Assembly: GCF_009834535.1 (NCBI RefSeq)
Contig: NC_045696.1
Span: 48,982,001 to 49,046,000 of the forward strand
Source: Camelus ferus
Lineage: Eukaryota
Direction: 5' to 3'
Length of the DNA: 64,000 nt
A model generated the notes under the pieces. The model ran no database searches, was not told where the DNA came from, and was given only the letters and a program-made list of their open reading frames with translations. The position numbers and the translations under genes were made by a program. The first letter of the stretch is position 1, and each line of letters begins with the position of its first letter. Positions 51,290 to 64,000 of this stretch are shown piece by piece.

Positions 51290-51465
51290 TATACATGTGC
51301 CCTGGACAGAGGAGTCCAGATAAGCAGGCAGAAGTCAGGGCTGAAGTCCAGCCCAGGTTCTCTTCACCAAATTTAGGAAGACACGTGGACAATATTAGCT
51401 TCCCCTCATCAGAGGGCACCTTTTTCTAATTCACATAAAGGCACTGTATGTGCTAGAGTCTGCCG
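51290..51465. mobile_element. MER91-like hAT element
   Basis: 'agagggcacctttttctaattcacataaaggcactgtatgtgctag' resembles the MER91 terminal segment. Confidence 0.6.
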
Positions 51466-51791
51466 GATCTCACTTCATACTCAAAACAACTCCATGAAGA
51501 ACGTGCTTACAGGTGGAGGGGTCAAAGAACTGGTTTCAAGCCCTACAACTACTAAAACACCCCAGACACTTGAAACGAGACCTTTAACTACCTGCCTTTA
51601 AGTATCATGCTTCCTTCCAAAAAAGGGAAAGTAGGGGGAAGGTCACATATTTCCTTTATCTATACCTGCTTAGCTCAATTGTTTGAAGCATTGTGCTTAT
51701 GAAACTACAAAGTGAAAGGCAGTGAATTATACTTTTTGCTAAGTCTTGGCTGCATACCACGCTTGGAATGCAAAATAAGGAGAGTGTAATT

Positions 51792-51958
51792 CAGTGGTTC
51801 TCAAACTTTGGTGGGCTTCAGAATCATCCTGGAGGGCTGGTAGAACAGAGATCCCCCAACCACAGAGTTTCTGATTCAGTAAGTCTAGGACTGACCTGAG
51901 AATCTGCTTTCTTCATAAGTTTCCAAGTGATGCTGATGCTCCCCATCCAGGGACCGTA
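51792..51958. mobile_element. MER5A-like hAT MITE
   Basis: 'cagtggttctcaaacttt...cagagtttctgattcagtaagtctagg...aagtttccaagtgatgctgatgct'. Confidence 0.85.
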
Positions 51959-54448
51959 CAGGATCTATTCATTCAATAAAATGAACAAAAAAGCCACTAG
52001 TTTGTGAGTCAGGAGTATTATCTAAGAACATAAAAACAGTCCAGGTCTTGGGTCTCATTTTTTCCCTCTGTTAAAATAAAACTGCTTGTTGGATTAAAAT
52101 GCTATCTCTAGCTTCCTATTTACAGCGGAATTATATTAAAAGATTGAAATAACACCAAGAGATAACAGGGTACCAGGCTGACTAGCTTTGGTATTGATGC
52201 CCTGCTTAATATTATTATCTTTGGGAGAAATGATATTGGTAGAAATGTTAGAAAATGAATAAAGAATTGGAAGCCTGCCTCTGAATTGCATATTCATTCT
52301 TCTTCCTTTACTCATTTTTAATATGTGGGCAATCACAGTTAATCACAAAGCATTTCTCTCAGGATCATTCCTGAAGTGTGAAATAAATATTCCAATAAAA
52401 TGTTTAGTAGAGTGTATCCAGTTTCCAATTAAAGAAACATGCTTGTATGGTGTCATGAATTCCTTCCACAAAACATTTCCTTTGTGCAGAAACACTTTAT
52501 GGTAAATCTGAAAATAACCCAATTTTGTAAGGATGACTTCAAGCAGGGTGCCTGGTGAATTCTCCTTCTGCCACCTCCCCCACTGCACATCCTAAGAAAT
52601 AGTCTATACAAAATAACTTGATCTTATCTGAACATGCAGTCACCAGTGTGGTGAGAAAGGCACCATTAGTCATCTTAATAATCTATACATATCACTCCAT
52701 AATCAATATGGCGAGCGTACCACCTGAGTGATCATGCAAACCAATTCTGTCAGCACACACTGAATGATTACCTAGGGCCATCATTCACTTAATCACAGGG
52801 GATCCAGAATAGCCTTGTCCTTACTTTCTGGTTTTTCTTTTTTTTTTTTCCCCCTTACCCTACTATTTTTTTGTCCCTTCCATACTTTTAATCTTCTTTA
52901 AAAGAATCTCAATTCTCTGACTCCACTAGTAACATTAAAAAAAAAAAAAACACACACACACACACAACGAGGCAATCTATTTTCTGAATGGTGGAACAGC
53001 ATATTCACAGCATTTAATTAGAGCTAATTTAAGAGAGTTTTCTTAAGTCTTCAGGAGCAAATCCCTCAAGGGAAATAGTGATGCAATTGTTTGATGTCTT
53101 TCATTTGGCTGGTTGGCTTCTCTTTGGAGTTCTTAGCCATGTCTGGGAAGAAATCAGACAGGTGGGCTTGTCTTGATTCCCATGGAAGCAGCACTGCCCT
53201 GACAGTTTGATCACAGTTCTGGAAATCAAGTTTTTCTGGTTCCGAGGTACTGACAAGTCTGGCTCTGGTTTTAAGGACGGGCTTGCTTGGAGAGCTGTCT
53301 TCTTTGATGAGAATGTCAAACTAACAGTGACCACACTGTAACAGCAAGGCTCTTTCTCCCTTTATTACAGCCACAGGTAGAAGGTGGTTACCTGGTTTTC
53401 ATGTGAACTATGACAAATGAGAATTTCCTTTTTTAAAGGGACAAACTACTGAGAAATTCTTAAATGAAAAAAATTACAAATGTGGTCATCTGAAATGGAT
53501 CTTATATTCAATATATCATACAAGAAAACCTCGTTAGAAGGTTAGGGTATCATCTTGTGTATGACAGACCAAGGCTAGAATGGTGATTGACTTGAGGGCA
53601 GGATTTTTAAAAAATCAGATTTATCTTTCTCTCAAGTTGTCTTCTCAAGGGGCTTTTTTAGCTCCTCATTTCTGAAATAACAATAATAAGAATAAAAATA
53701 AGAGTGTAGAGGGATGACTGGTGAGGCAGAACTTTAAGTTTTCTAATGAGAGAACATGCATTTTTAAAACTGCCAACCCCTTTGGTTTCTACAAGGAGAA
53801 ACATCAATTAGCTGTGGGAAGAACCATTTTGCATTAAGTGGTGTAAAACAAATAGGCATCCATTGTCGAAGGTAAAGGCATAACAGGCTTCCTTTTTCTT
53901 TTTACCTTGTAACTGAAGCTGTTCCACCATAGGTCCCTTGGAATCGGGAGCTCTAAGAATGCTGGCATAGAAATGGGCACATTTCTAAAGTGATTTCTGG
54001 AAAGAAAGAGATAAAAAACTTCACCCTCATCCCCTTTGAGGTTGCAGGTTATTCAAACACCTCCAGCAGACTAAGGTTGACACGGCTGAAATTAGCTGGT
54101 GCTTTAGCTGCTCAGAGAAGATTCAATATGAGAAACAAATTCTGTACTAGAGAGCCAGGCTCCAGACAAGGCCTAGACTGTTTTAGACATAGATTATTTC
54201 TGTGGAAACTTGCCTAAACCAGCCATTCTGACAGAGTGTATCTGCCATAGAAGCGAGGGATAAAAGCTGTGTATGCAAGTTTGAGTGTGTGCACGCAAAC
54301 CTGAGAGCTGCCTGATGTCGGAGGCCCAGCTGTCTGCTGGCTCTGGGTGACCGACCATGGCTTGGATGACCTTGGTTAAGAAGACTTCCTCTCCCTGTGC
54401 AGACCTGCACCCGGAGGCACCTCAGTGGGGCACAGCAGAAAGGCAGTA

Positions 54449-55288
54449 CAGTCGTCCCCACTCCTTACCTGCAGTTTCCCTTTCAGAGACTTCAGTTCCA
54501 TGGTCCAAAAAAACTAAATGGAAGATTCCAGAAATAAACAATTCAGAAGATTAAAATAGTGGGCCATTCTGAGTAGTGTGATGAAATCTCACTCTGTCCC
54601 ACCTGGGACGTAAACCATCCCTTTGTCTGGCGTATCTCACCCAGTAGTCACCTAGTAACCGTCTCGGTTATCATCTCAACCATTACTGTATCACAGTGCT
54701 GTGCAAGTAGCTATTATTTTACTTAACAATGGTCCCCAAATGCCAGAATAGTGGTGCTGGCAATTTGCTATGCCAAAGAGAAGCTGTATTTACCTTAAAT
54801 GAAAAGGTGAAAGTTCTAGACTTATAAGAAAAAAAATTGTATGCTGAGGCTGCTAAGATCTATGATAAGAACAAATCTTTTGGTGAAATTTTGAAGAAGG
54901 AAAAAGAAATTGGGCTAGAAATGAACTAGAAAATGAACCAGAAATTCGTTCTAGTTTTGCTGTTGCACTTCAAATTGCAAAAGTTATGGCCACAAGGTGT
55001 GATACGTGCTTCGTTAAGATGGAAAAGATACCAAATTTGTACAATAAGATATTTTGACAGAGACAATATTCACCTAATTTTTATTATACTATATTGTTAT
55101 AATTGTTCTATTTTACTATTAGTTGTCATTGTTAAGCTCTTACTGTGCCTAATTTATAAATTAAACTTTATCATAGGTATGTATGTACAGAAAAAAACAT
55201 ACTATAAATAGGGTTCAGTACTGTCTATGGTTTCAGCCTCCACTGGGGGTCTTGGAATGTATCCCCCACAGATAAAGAGGGAGTATTA
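54449..55288 (+). mobile_element. MER44-like (Tigger-derived) DNA transposon
   Basis: TA-flanked start 'cagtcgtcccc', 'aaatggaagattccagaaataaacaattc', 'taaattaaactttatcataggtatgtatgta', end 'gggggtcttggaatgtatcccccacagataa'. Confidence 0.9.
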
Positions 55289-56199
55289 TACTATTTTCAA
55301 TAGCCAGCACCTACGTAGTGAGACCAAAGGATGCAGACAACCAACCAACTGATTTCCTCTTGATGGGATTTGATTACAATCCCAATTAACCACAAGATCT
55401 AAGATAGCCTCTGGGTTCTGGGCTCTGCCAGGGCAGAGTTGTTCTTACAATGGCAAGATGCCTTCTTCAGGTCATACTGAATGAGATATTTAAAGAAATG
55501 TGACCTTATTTTGTTCTGGGGTTCAAAATACATTACCCAAATTTTATTCAAAGTTTATCAGCTTACGCCAAACGTTGCAACAAGTCCTTCACACATATTA
55601 ACTCACTTAAATCTTCACCACGTCTTACTCTACCAAGGGAACTGCTTTGACAAAAGATCATATGGTTATTAAGTAGAGAGCAAGGATTCAAACTCAGTCC
55701 CATCTGACTCAATAATCATTTAGCAATATAGATGAATTCAACTAGCATTACCAATCTCAAATTTCAAATGCTATTATGAAAATCTCTTAGTAAAGAAAAT
55801 AATAATTAACTGAAGCCTTATTCATTTAAGGAGTTAGCTACTTAATATTTAAAACAAATCCCCTAGAGATAGTACTGATGTATTGGAGAAAAATGAATGC
55901 AATTCCATGTAACAGTGACATTTTCAGAGAATAATTTCTAACAAATTCAGAGGGTAGTCAATGGTGTCAATGTATTTGACCCTTTACCTAACTGCTTTAT
56001 ACTATACAACCCACTCTCACGTGCTTAGTCTTAATTGCTCTCAGCAGATGGCCTTTACAGGCCTTGAGATCTGAATGGAACTAAAGTTTGCCAGGGTGAA
56101 AGATTTCTTAAAAAGGACATTTAGGAAGACAGCAATAATCCAAGCAAAAATTCATTTCCTCTCTTGATCTTCCCACTTCTGCTGTTGGTCCCATCATCT

Positions 56200-57070
56200 C
56201 CCAAGCTTATCCCGGCAGTCACCTCTCATTCTCCTTCTTCCTTCTTCTTTGGAGTCAGTAAGTCGCCAAGTCCTGTGACTCTTCACAAACATGTTTACTT
56301 ATTTAATTATTTATTCCCACATTATTCTGGAGGCTTTTCTTTCTAGATCAACCATTAGCTATTCTAAATTCTACCAAAGATCAACTCACATAATATTCTA
56401 AGCCTCTTAACTGGCCTGCCTATTTTTAGTCTCACCTCCCGTGAACCATCCCTCACACTTTCAAGACTGACTCTCCAAAACATGACTTTGTGCATTTACA
56501 AGAAAGTACATTACAAAGCCATCATACATCAATTGTTCAAAAAGGATTCCAACATGGAATAATCCAGCTTCAAAGGTGCTCTTTTTGACTATTTGAAAAT
56601 ATATTAAGTCCTTAGCCTAGCACTCAAAAATTCACAACAGAGCTTCAACCTGTATCCCAGCTTTCCTTCCACAGCTGTCCCCCTAAATTCATCCCTTTGC
56701 TCCAGCCTAAACAGTCTACTCACAGTCCCCACAAAAACACCTTGTATTTTCCTGACTCTGGCTTTTCTCTTTACTTCATTTCTGTAACAAAACAGTTCCT
56801 TTCCTCTTAACTATCCACCTATATTCACTTTTCCCATCTTTCAAAGACCAGCTTAGATCACATTTCCTGTAAGAAACTCCCCTGGCTGTCCCAAATAAAG
56901 GGAATACTCCATTCTAAGTGTCAATGTATCTATTCCACTTATTTGTCATGGAATTATTTCATGGAATTACCAGTTCCTTTTTCATGTATGTATCTTTATT
57001 CAAATTAGAATGTAGAAAGTTGCAAGTAGGAACAAACAATGTATATATTGTTAATCCCTTGTGGCACTTC
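56200..57070 (+). mobile_element. Diverged L2 fragment
   Basis: 'agcctcttaactggcctgcct', 'cccatctttcaaagaccagcttagatcacatttcctgtaagaaactcccctggctgtccc'. Confidence 0.55.
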
Positions 57071-58569
57071 TTATTACTTATAAATTTACATTCATAATAT
57101 TATACATTTTATATTGTATATAAATATTCATATTTCTGCCTCAAAAAATTCTAATTAACTTATTTTAGGAAATCCACTCCTTTATAAGGCTTTGACCCTA
57201 AATCCATGACACTAAAAGAAATAAAACAGAGTGATGGCAGCAGACTGGAACTAGTAAGGTCAAATTTAGCTTCTATTTTGGTTGTTACTTAACATTAAGC
57301 TCTTTTTTTCAGAGCCCTAAGGTGAGTTACCTGTCTAGTGGCTAAATCAGTTCTGTTCTCCCTCATACACAGTCTGTAATTGGCATAAATGTTCAGTTTC
57401 TGTAGATGTACCAAGTGTCACCTGTCTGACTTGGTGACTCGGATAGATTTTACAGCTCATACCAAAGAAAAAAGATTCTTTGATGACCAGTGACATTCCT
57501 TAAGCTGACAAATCACTTCCTTGTTATCCCTGGCATCTCCCACACCTAGTCCCTTAGTAAGTGGCAGCTGAAGAGATGCTGAAGGTTGAAGCCAAAAATG
57601 AGAACCAATACCAGTCACTTAAACACTGACAGGCCTTAGGCAGACCAGATTTTTAAATTAGCCATTCTGAAACAGATATAAGATTTTGCTGTTAAGATGA
57701 AAAAGTTAAGTCCATAGCTTTCCTGTGTGGCAGGTTTTAATGCCTGGGAAAAGTTTTAACTGTGACTCAGGTGGTGGCTGGTCACACACACTGTGCTTTA
57801 CTCCCTCCTCTTAAATGAGTTAATATCTTCCTTAAGTATTACTGATATGAATTCTGCCATTTCAAATTAAATGAACGTTAACAGGGGCCGCATAGATGAG
57901 ATTCAAACATGCTTGGGGAAATCTTATGGACTCGACACCTGGCTACTAACTGTTTATTGGCCCAAAGGATTCTGGAACTTCTTGGAAGATAATTCTTCCT
58001 AAGAAAAGTAGGAGTCAGATCCAAAGGCTCCGCTGATGAAACCAGCTTGGTTTCTGCCATTCCAGCCCTCCAGGGACTCAGATCTACAGACAGAAGCTCT
58101 GAGTCAAAACTAAAAGGCATTGGAAAGCAAGTTACAACTACTTTGGAAGATCTTCTAATAAAGGATAGCCCCTTAAAAGGGGAGAGAGGCATTTCCCCCA
58201 CCTCAGTTCACTACAGAATAAGCCCCAGTTTCCGCGGCGGCAGCAACCCCAGCAGAAGAGGCCAATGCAGGAGAAATCGACGGCAGCACCTGCACCAGAA
58301 GAGGCAGGAGCACCGTGCAAATGTGCCACAGGATAAATGCCCAGTCTTGCTGAGACTGAGCACAAGGGAGAAACACCCTTGTTGTCTTCTCAGAGATACC
58401 TGAGCAGGGGCAATAAAGTTGTGTAGAGGTCTAGAGTCCAGCAATGACCAGTGACAGCCAATGAGATATGGTAGAACTATCAAAGTGACCCCATTTTCAC
58501 TCAGGATCTCTTAACTAGGAAAAAAAAATGGTTAATGTTTCCCAAGTGCCTTGAACATGCCAGTGATTT

Positions 58570-58750
58570 TTGCTTACAAGTTTATTTGATCCTCAAGTCA
58601 ATTCTATGAGGCTCCTAATCTTTTCTTCATTTTATAGCTGAGAAACCTGAGTCTTAAAGAGACTAAGTAATTGGTCCCAAGGCTAGAAACTCATCAGTGC
58701 TAGCCTGGGGATTCAAATCCAAGTTGGGAGGTTCCAGAACCTGATGAGTA
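58570..58750 (-). mobile_element. MIR SINE
   Basis: 'cattttatagctgagaaacctgagtcttaaagagactaagtaattggtcccaagg...ggattcaaatccaag'. Confidence 0.7.
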
Positions 58751-59436
58751 ACCATTAAGGTGTACAGGCTACTTGTTTGTGCTCTGGACAGAGCCGGGAG
58801 GGCTGGTGGTGAAGCTAAATGAAAATTCTTTGCTCCAAGAAAGGCCAGAATTGGTGCAGCCATTTAACATTAGCTGAGAATCCACTACAGCAAGGTGAGG
58901 ATCAGGACTGGGGAATCTCCATCACCTAGTAAGGGGACATCCCAGCGCAGCCAGCCTGGCGTCCAGCCAGACCAGCAGGGGCAGGTGCCGGATTCTTGAC
59001 AACTCCTGCAGCTGCTGCCACACCATCTTTGAGACGTCATGGCAAGTGCTCACAGAGGCTAGCACATTGGGGGAGCCCTTATCCCCTGCATGTGGACAGA
59101 GGAGGGGTGGGACAGTGTCACAGCCTCTGCATGGCAGGAAGGCTCACTCTTGGTACCGTTCTGGGCTAGGCTCTGGGGGATTGGAATTCTTTTTCCTGAT
59201 TTTTCCTGAAAGAAGAAAATTACTTCCTCATTCTGAATGTCAGTTTCCTATGTTATAAACTGAGGGAGTTGGAGCAGCTCACCTCTGAATTTCTCTCTTT
59301 GACTAAGAAAGACTTTGAATTAGAAAACTGGGAAAACAGCTTTTATATGTACTGTGTATATATATTTACTGTAAAACATTACTGTGTAAGAAGGAGGGGG
59401 GGATAAGGAGAAGAAGAAAAGCAACAGAAAGAAAAT

Positions 59437-59493
59437 GAAAGAGAAAGGAAGGAAGGAAGGAAGGAAGGAAGGAAGGAAGGAAGGAAGGAAGGA

Positions 59494-59557
<64 letters not shown>

Positions 59558-59574
59558 GAGAAAGAAAGAGAAAG
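59437..59574. repeat. Pure-purine tract with (GGAA)12 followed by (AGAA)15
   Basis: (GGAA)12 at 59447-59494 and (AGAA)15 at 59495-59554. No pyrimidine on the plus strand from 59437 to 59574. Confidence 0.95.
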
Positions 59575-60789
59575 TAAGAGAGAAATTTTTAAATAAACCA
59601 ACGGAGGTAGGGCTTCAGGACTGCAGTGACTGTAAGAAAGGTAGAACAGGTAACAGAAAACAAAAGAGAGAGAGGGAAGGCGTCCCAGGGTTAGTAGCTC
59701 CTGGAGAGGAGTAAAAGGTTTTCTCCAGGTTTTAACAAAAATAGATTAAACCTTTCCTCAGTGTGTTAAAACATCCTGCAGGGCATTTTATGGGCCAAGA
59801 TAAATCAGAGCCTTCTCCATTCAAGACCTGATGTTCAAAAAGAGTGAGGTGGGGAATGCTAGGAAGTTCTGAAAGTGACTGTTGGCTGACGGTCAGGGAC
59901 ACATTTCTTGACCTTGTAAACAATGGGATTTTCAGATTCGTCTCCTTTAAAAGAGAGTGAAACCTTTGTTCCTTAGAAAGTTTAAACTCAGCTAGACAAA
60001 GAGTGCACTGTTTTAGAAATGTTCTGCATTGTGTTAAAGAGCCCATGGTAGAGAATGGTCTGATGGGGATCCCCGGGGTAAAGAACTGGGTGACCTATAA
60101 CTTCTCTATTCTTGTGGATTTCTGCTATCTTAAACCTTTTGCTGCAAGCCGCCAGGTCTCTGAGGAATGGAGAATTGAAATACAACAGGTGGCTTGGCTG
60201 GCTCTTTCCAACAGATGTAGAAGCATGCCAAATGTTTTGTCACCAGCATCACCCAGTGCTTGTTCTTTCTCTCTCTCTCTCAGACACACAGAACACACAT
60301 GCACTCACACCTTTTCTCCTGCACAGCACTTGGGAGGGGCCTACATAGGCAAAGCGAGGAAGAACACTTTATGGCTGTGCAGTGTTAGAGCTCCCCATAA
60401 GTGGGGCCCAGGAAAGAGGCCAGTCATGCTTTTTATTTCATCATTGCCCTAGAAATGTACCTAATTTAGATCTACCTGTAAGCAATCATAGACAGAAACC
60501 TAACCACAAAAAACTAAAGCATTTTGAAATGTAAGAACAATACAGGAATATGTACACTCAGGAATGATTCAATTCTCTGACCCCAAAATACAAACAAAAA
60601 CAAAAACAAAAAAACACCAAATAGACAGACTGAGCTGAGATGATGCTACTGTCTGTTACAACTTCAGTGTCATATGTATTTATAACATCAGATCTTGGAA
60701 AATGCCTAAAGATGATTCTGGGTATAGAAAATTGGGAGGGGGAGGAATTGTGCAGAAGAATCACGTAATTTCCATTTTATTGAAACATC

Positions 60790-61170
60790 ATCATATTTTT
60801 ACTGAATGTTTAGTATGTACTAGGCAAAATGTTGTCCCTGCCCTCAAGGGGCTTTCAGCTTACTAGAGAAAATGGTCATAGAAACACCCAATTATAATAA
60901 AAGAGAGTACATTTATAACTGAGGCAAAACAAGCACGATCAACACCCAGGAAGGAAGGATTCTGACTATGAGGTTCTGGTGAGAGTCATCAGAAAAAGGT
61001 TCACAAAGAAAGAGGCTGAGAAGGAGGAAAAGGAAAACATTTTTTTCTCACTTAGTAATCGTACATTATCCCCAATTTGCAGATGAGGAAATTGAAGCCC
61101 AAAGGGATCAAAAGACTCCCAAGAGAGCTAAGCTGTGAGAGACAGAACTTGTGCCCAGGCCTCTGTATGC
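60790..61170 (-). mobile_element. L2 fragment followed by MIR fragment
   Basis: 'tactgaatgtttagtatgtactaggc...gtccctgccctcaagggg' and 'cccaatttgcagatgaggaaattgaagcccaaag'. Confidence 0.65.
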
Positions 61171-62929
61171 CGTGTCCTTCCACCCTACCAAGGTAGTGAC
61201 CCTGGAGCCGATCCATCCAGATATGAAGGGTTTTAGCAAACGGAGACCGAGCAATCACCCTGATTCAAGACACAGGGGAGTGGAAGTGCACCGCAAACTT
61301 GGCGAACTTCAAGAAATCTAATGAGGTTAGAGAATCAAACACACGGGTGGATACAGAAAATGAGATTGGAAACATTTTAAAATGACAAATGGAGATACAA
61401 AAAGTTCAAATCTTAAAAAAATATGAATCATAGGTTACTCTCCCAGTTGCTTAGCTATGTCTCCCTCTCCCTCAGATCATTCTTGCTTTAAGAAAACTTC
61501 GCTATGCTGGAGACGTGTATGTTAAGAGTCTCAATACTCACTGGATGGCTAAAATTGTGATTCTTTTCTTTTAATTATTTTATTTCTAACAATCAGGTAA
61601 GAAATGATGGGATAGTTTAAAGTTTGACTCATTATATGACTTGAAGAAAGAAAAGGAAGAGGGGAGGAAGATCAGAATGGGAAAATAAGAGCCTAGAGAA
61701 ATCAAATCCACAGGTGATCCTGAATCCACATGTACTTATATAGTCCTCAAAGCACTTGAAATTCTATCACTGGCACATGTTAACCTGCTGCTGAAGTTTT
61801 ATAAAACAGGGTAGGAGGAAGAAAGGCATTTGGTGTACATAATTTGTACAAAAAAAAAATCAGAGAAATAATCTCCTTGGTTGCTGCCAGAAACTGAACT
61901 TTATATGGAACCTTCAAATTCAGCCTAATTCCTACACCTCTCAAAATACTTCATCTCTTGACTCAATTATTCTCAGGCTATGATCACACCACATATGTGG
62001 TCTATAAGATGCATGTTTAGTGTAATGTGATCATTGTAATAAACCATATCTACACTACATTAGATTCTTCTTCATAAGATAATCAAATTAAATCAGCATA
62101 CGCCCAATATTCCCTTTTTAAAGACTGTTTTTTATTCAAAGAATTGAATATAAATATATTCCCCTTAGTACTACTACCTCACTGCTCGAAGAATATAGAT
62201 GTTCTTATTTATATGCTTTATTATCTTCATAAAATATCAAACAAAAGTGCTTTCCATATTTCCCCACCAAGTCAAAGAGAAATCCAGAAATTTACTGGGT
62301 TTCTATTGACCCAGTAAATGTAAGACAGAAATCTAAAGGCTCTTAAGATTGTTTATGCTGAAAATGTATCAAATTCTATTCTACAAGTACACTGACCTGT
62401 AAAAAGTATTTGTCTTGCTCTGGTAAATAGGAGCCCTATGTAAATGGATAGCTCAGCTTGAACTGAAGTTTACTTTGTTCTAATCAGAACTGATGTATCA
62501 GATCACTTAATAAAGTCCTTCTTACACAAGAGAACCATCCATTCTCCAGTTTGCATTGCAGCATATGGTACTCCACCAAACTCAAAATGAATAAAGTATA
62601 ATTTTTTCATCCTACTAAATTGATAAATCTCTCTGAAGATAGACCATAACAAAAGATAATTCATTAAAATTGTCACTCTCAAAAATACACTCTTCAGAAA
62701 TAAACATTAAAAAACAACTTTAAAAATGGATTTGGTATAATCTCATAGACCAGAAGATCAAGAATACAAAGGCATTATGGATATTCAAATTCCAAGATTA
62801 GCTCCTCTATCAAGTCTATTTGACCTTGTATGAGATTTAAAAGGGGATTAAGAATCTAATTTTCATCTAACTTTCTTTTAGAATAACTTTCTTTCACTCC
62901 CTCTTGCCTTTTGTTCCATGTACACCAAA

Positions 62930-63225
62930 GCATAATATGGAATAAGACGTCCCTTTAAGACAATTCAAGTGTCACCTCCATGACAAGCCCTCCTTTAACT
63001 ACCAAGTTCCATTTAAATATCTCACCTCTGTGCTGCCATAGCCCCTGATGCAAAACTTCAAAGCTGCGATTACTTACTCTATCCTATAGTCTTTGACTCA
63101 CTAGTCTTCTTGTTTTTAAGAAGAATTAGGACCATTACTTACTCAGTTTTGTTTTCCCATTACCTAGGTCAGTATCTGGGACACAGTACCTGCCCAATAA
63201 ATGTTTATTTGATTGACTAAGTGAC
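62930..63225 (+). mobile_element. L2 3' end fragment
   Basis: 'caagtgtcacctccatgacaagccctcc...acacagtacctgcccaataaatgtttatttgattgact'. Confidence 0.65.
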
Positions 63226-63316
63226 AATTGATAAATATCTATTCCTATAATAGGAAGAGCATTCTGTACATACATCCAAAATTGCATCTTTAGACCTGTT
63301 TATTCCCTATCCTATT

Positions 63317-64000
63317 TAGGTAAACCTCGTTCTATTATGCTTAACTTAATTTCACCGCACTTCACATATATAGTGCTTCTTTTTTATTTTTTCACAAATC
63401 AAAGGTTTTCGGCAATTTTGCATTGAGCAAGTCTATTAGCACCATTTTTCCAATAGTATTTGCTCACTTCATGTCTCTGTGTCACATTTTCACAATATTT
63501 TAAACTTTTTCATTATTATTATATTTGTTATGGTGATCTGTGATCAGTGATCTTTAATGTTACGATTAGAGCTGTCTTGGGGTGCCACAAACTGTGCCCA
63601 TATAAGAAACAAACTTAATCAATAAACGTGTGTGTTCTGACTACTCCACCAACTGGCCATTCCCCCATCTCTCTCCCCCTCTCATCAGGCCTCCCTAATC
63701 CCTGAGACAACAACATTGAAATTAGGCCAAGTAAAATCCTGCAATGGCCTCCAATGTTCCAGTAAAAGGAAGAGTTACACATCTCTCACTTTAAAAACAT
63801 TAAAAATCTTAATGAGGAAAGCATGTCAAAAGCTGAAATAGGCCGAAAGCAAGGCCTGTTGTGCCAAGTTGTGATTGCAAAGGAAAAGTTCTTGAAGGAA
63901 ACTGAAAGGCTACTCCAGTGAACATACAAATGATAAGAAAGAGAAACAGCCTTGTTGCTAATACAGCAAAAGTTCTGATATAGAGAAGGTTAATGGTCTG
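63317..64000 (+). mobile_element. Tigger1-like DNA transposon, 5' part (runs past the window end)
   Basis: 'ttgagcaagtctattagcaccatttttcca', 'tggtgatctgtgatcagtgatctttaatgtta', decayed transposase start 'atggcctcc...aaaggaagag', 'aaggaaaagttcttgaaggaaa'. Confidence 0.9.

Noticed and set aside
57878..58483. Cluster of 75-118 aa ORFs on both strands
   Set aside because: No recognisable protein and no consistent acceptor/donor pair. An AATAAA near 58412 suggests an old LTR or regulatory DNA, but I could not assign it.
58968..58990. CTCF-like CCAGCAGGGGCAG
   Set aside because: One G short of the core spacing, so the conserved GGC falls out of register. The same applies to the look-alike near 17635.
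59320..59601. 93-aa Phe/Leu/Ser-rich ORF
   Set aside because: Translation of the (TTTC)n/(TTCC)n microsatellite.
1..64000. CRISPR arrays, rRNA/snRNA genes, prokaryotic or viral operons
   Set aside because: No regularly spaced repeat-spacer structure, structural-RNA match or dense coding block. Composition and repeat content are those of mammalian intronic/intergenic DNA.

Overview
Mammalian genomic DNA, most likely a camelid (camel, alpaca or llama). That call rests on a tRNA-derived SINE with the camelid Vic-1-type head and on young cetartiodactyl-type LINE-1 copies. The window is gene-poor and dominated by interspersed repeats: L1, L2, CR1/L3, MIR, MLT/MaLR and ERV LTRs, ERVL and Gypsy-like internal remnants, and MER5/MER58/MER91/MER44/Tigger DNA transposons. 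I cannot identify any intact, named protein-coding gene. Three features stand out. (1) A 3.1-kb LINE-1 at 6426-9510 is complete at both ends (5'UTR, ORF1, 3'UTR, poly-A, 11-bp TSD) but lacks the endonuclease and reverse-transcriptase coding part of ORF2. It is a candidate ORF1-only, half-L1-like non-autonomous element. (2) A spliced minus-strand gene model at about 33692-35043 encodes an unrecognised basic/Pro-rich protein and is broken by two opposite 1-bp frameshifts. It is a candidate unitary pseudogene or an assembly error. (3) A small CpG-island promoter at about 26620-26900 has a YY1 site, a probable non-coding minus-strand exon chain and a possible divergent exon. Repeat family names come from my recognition of consensus motifs, not from a database search, and boundaries of old repeats are approximate.
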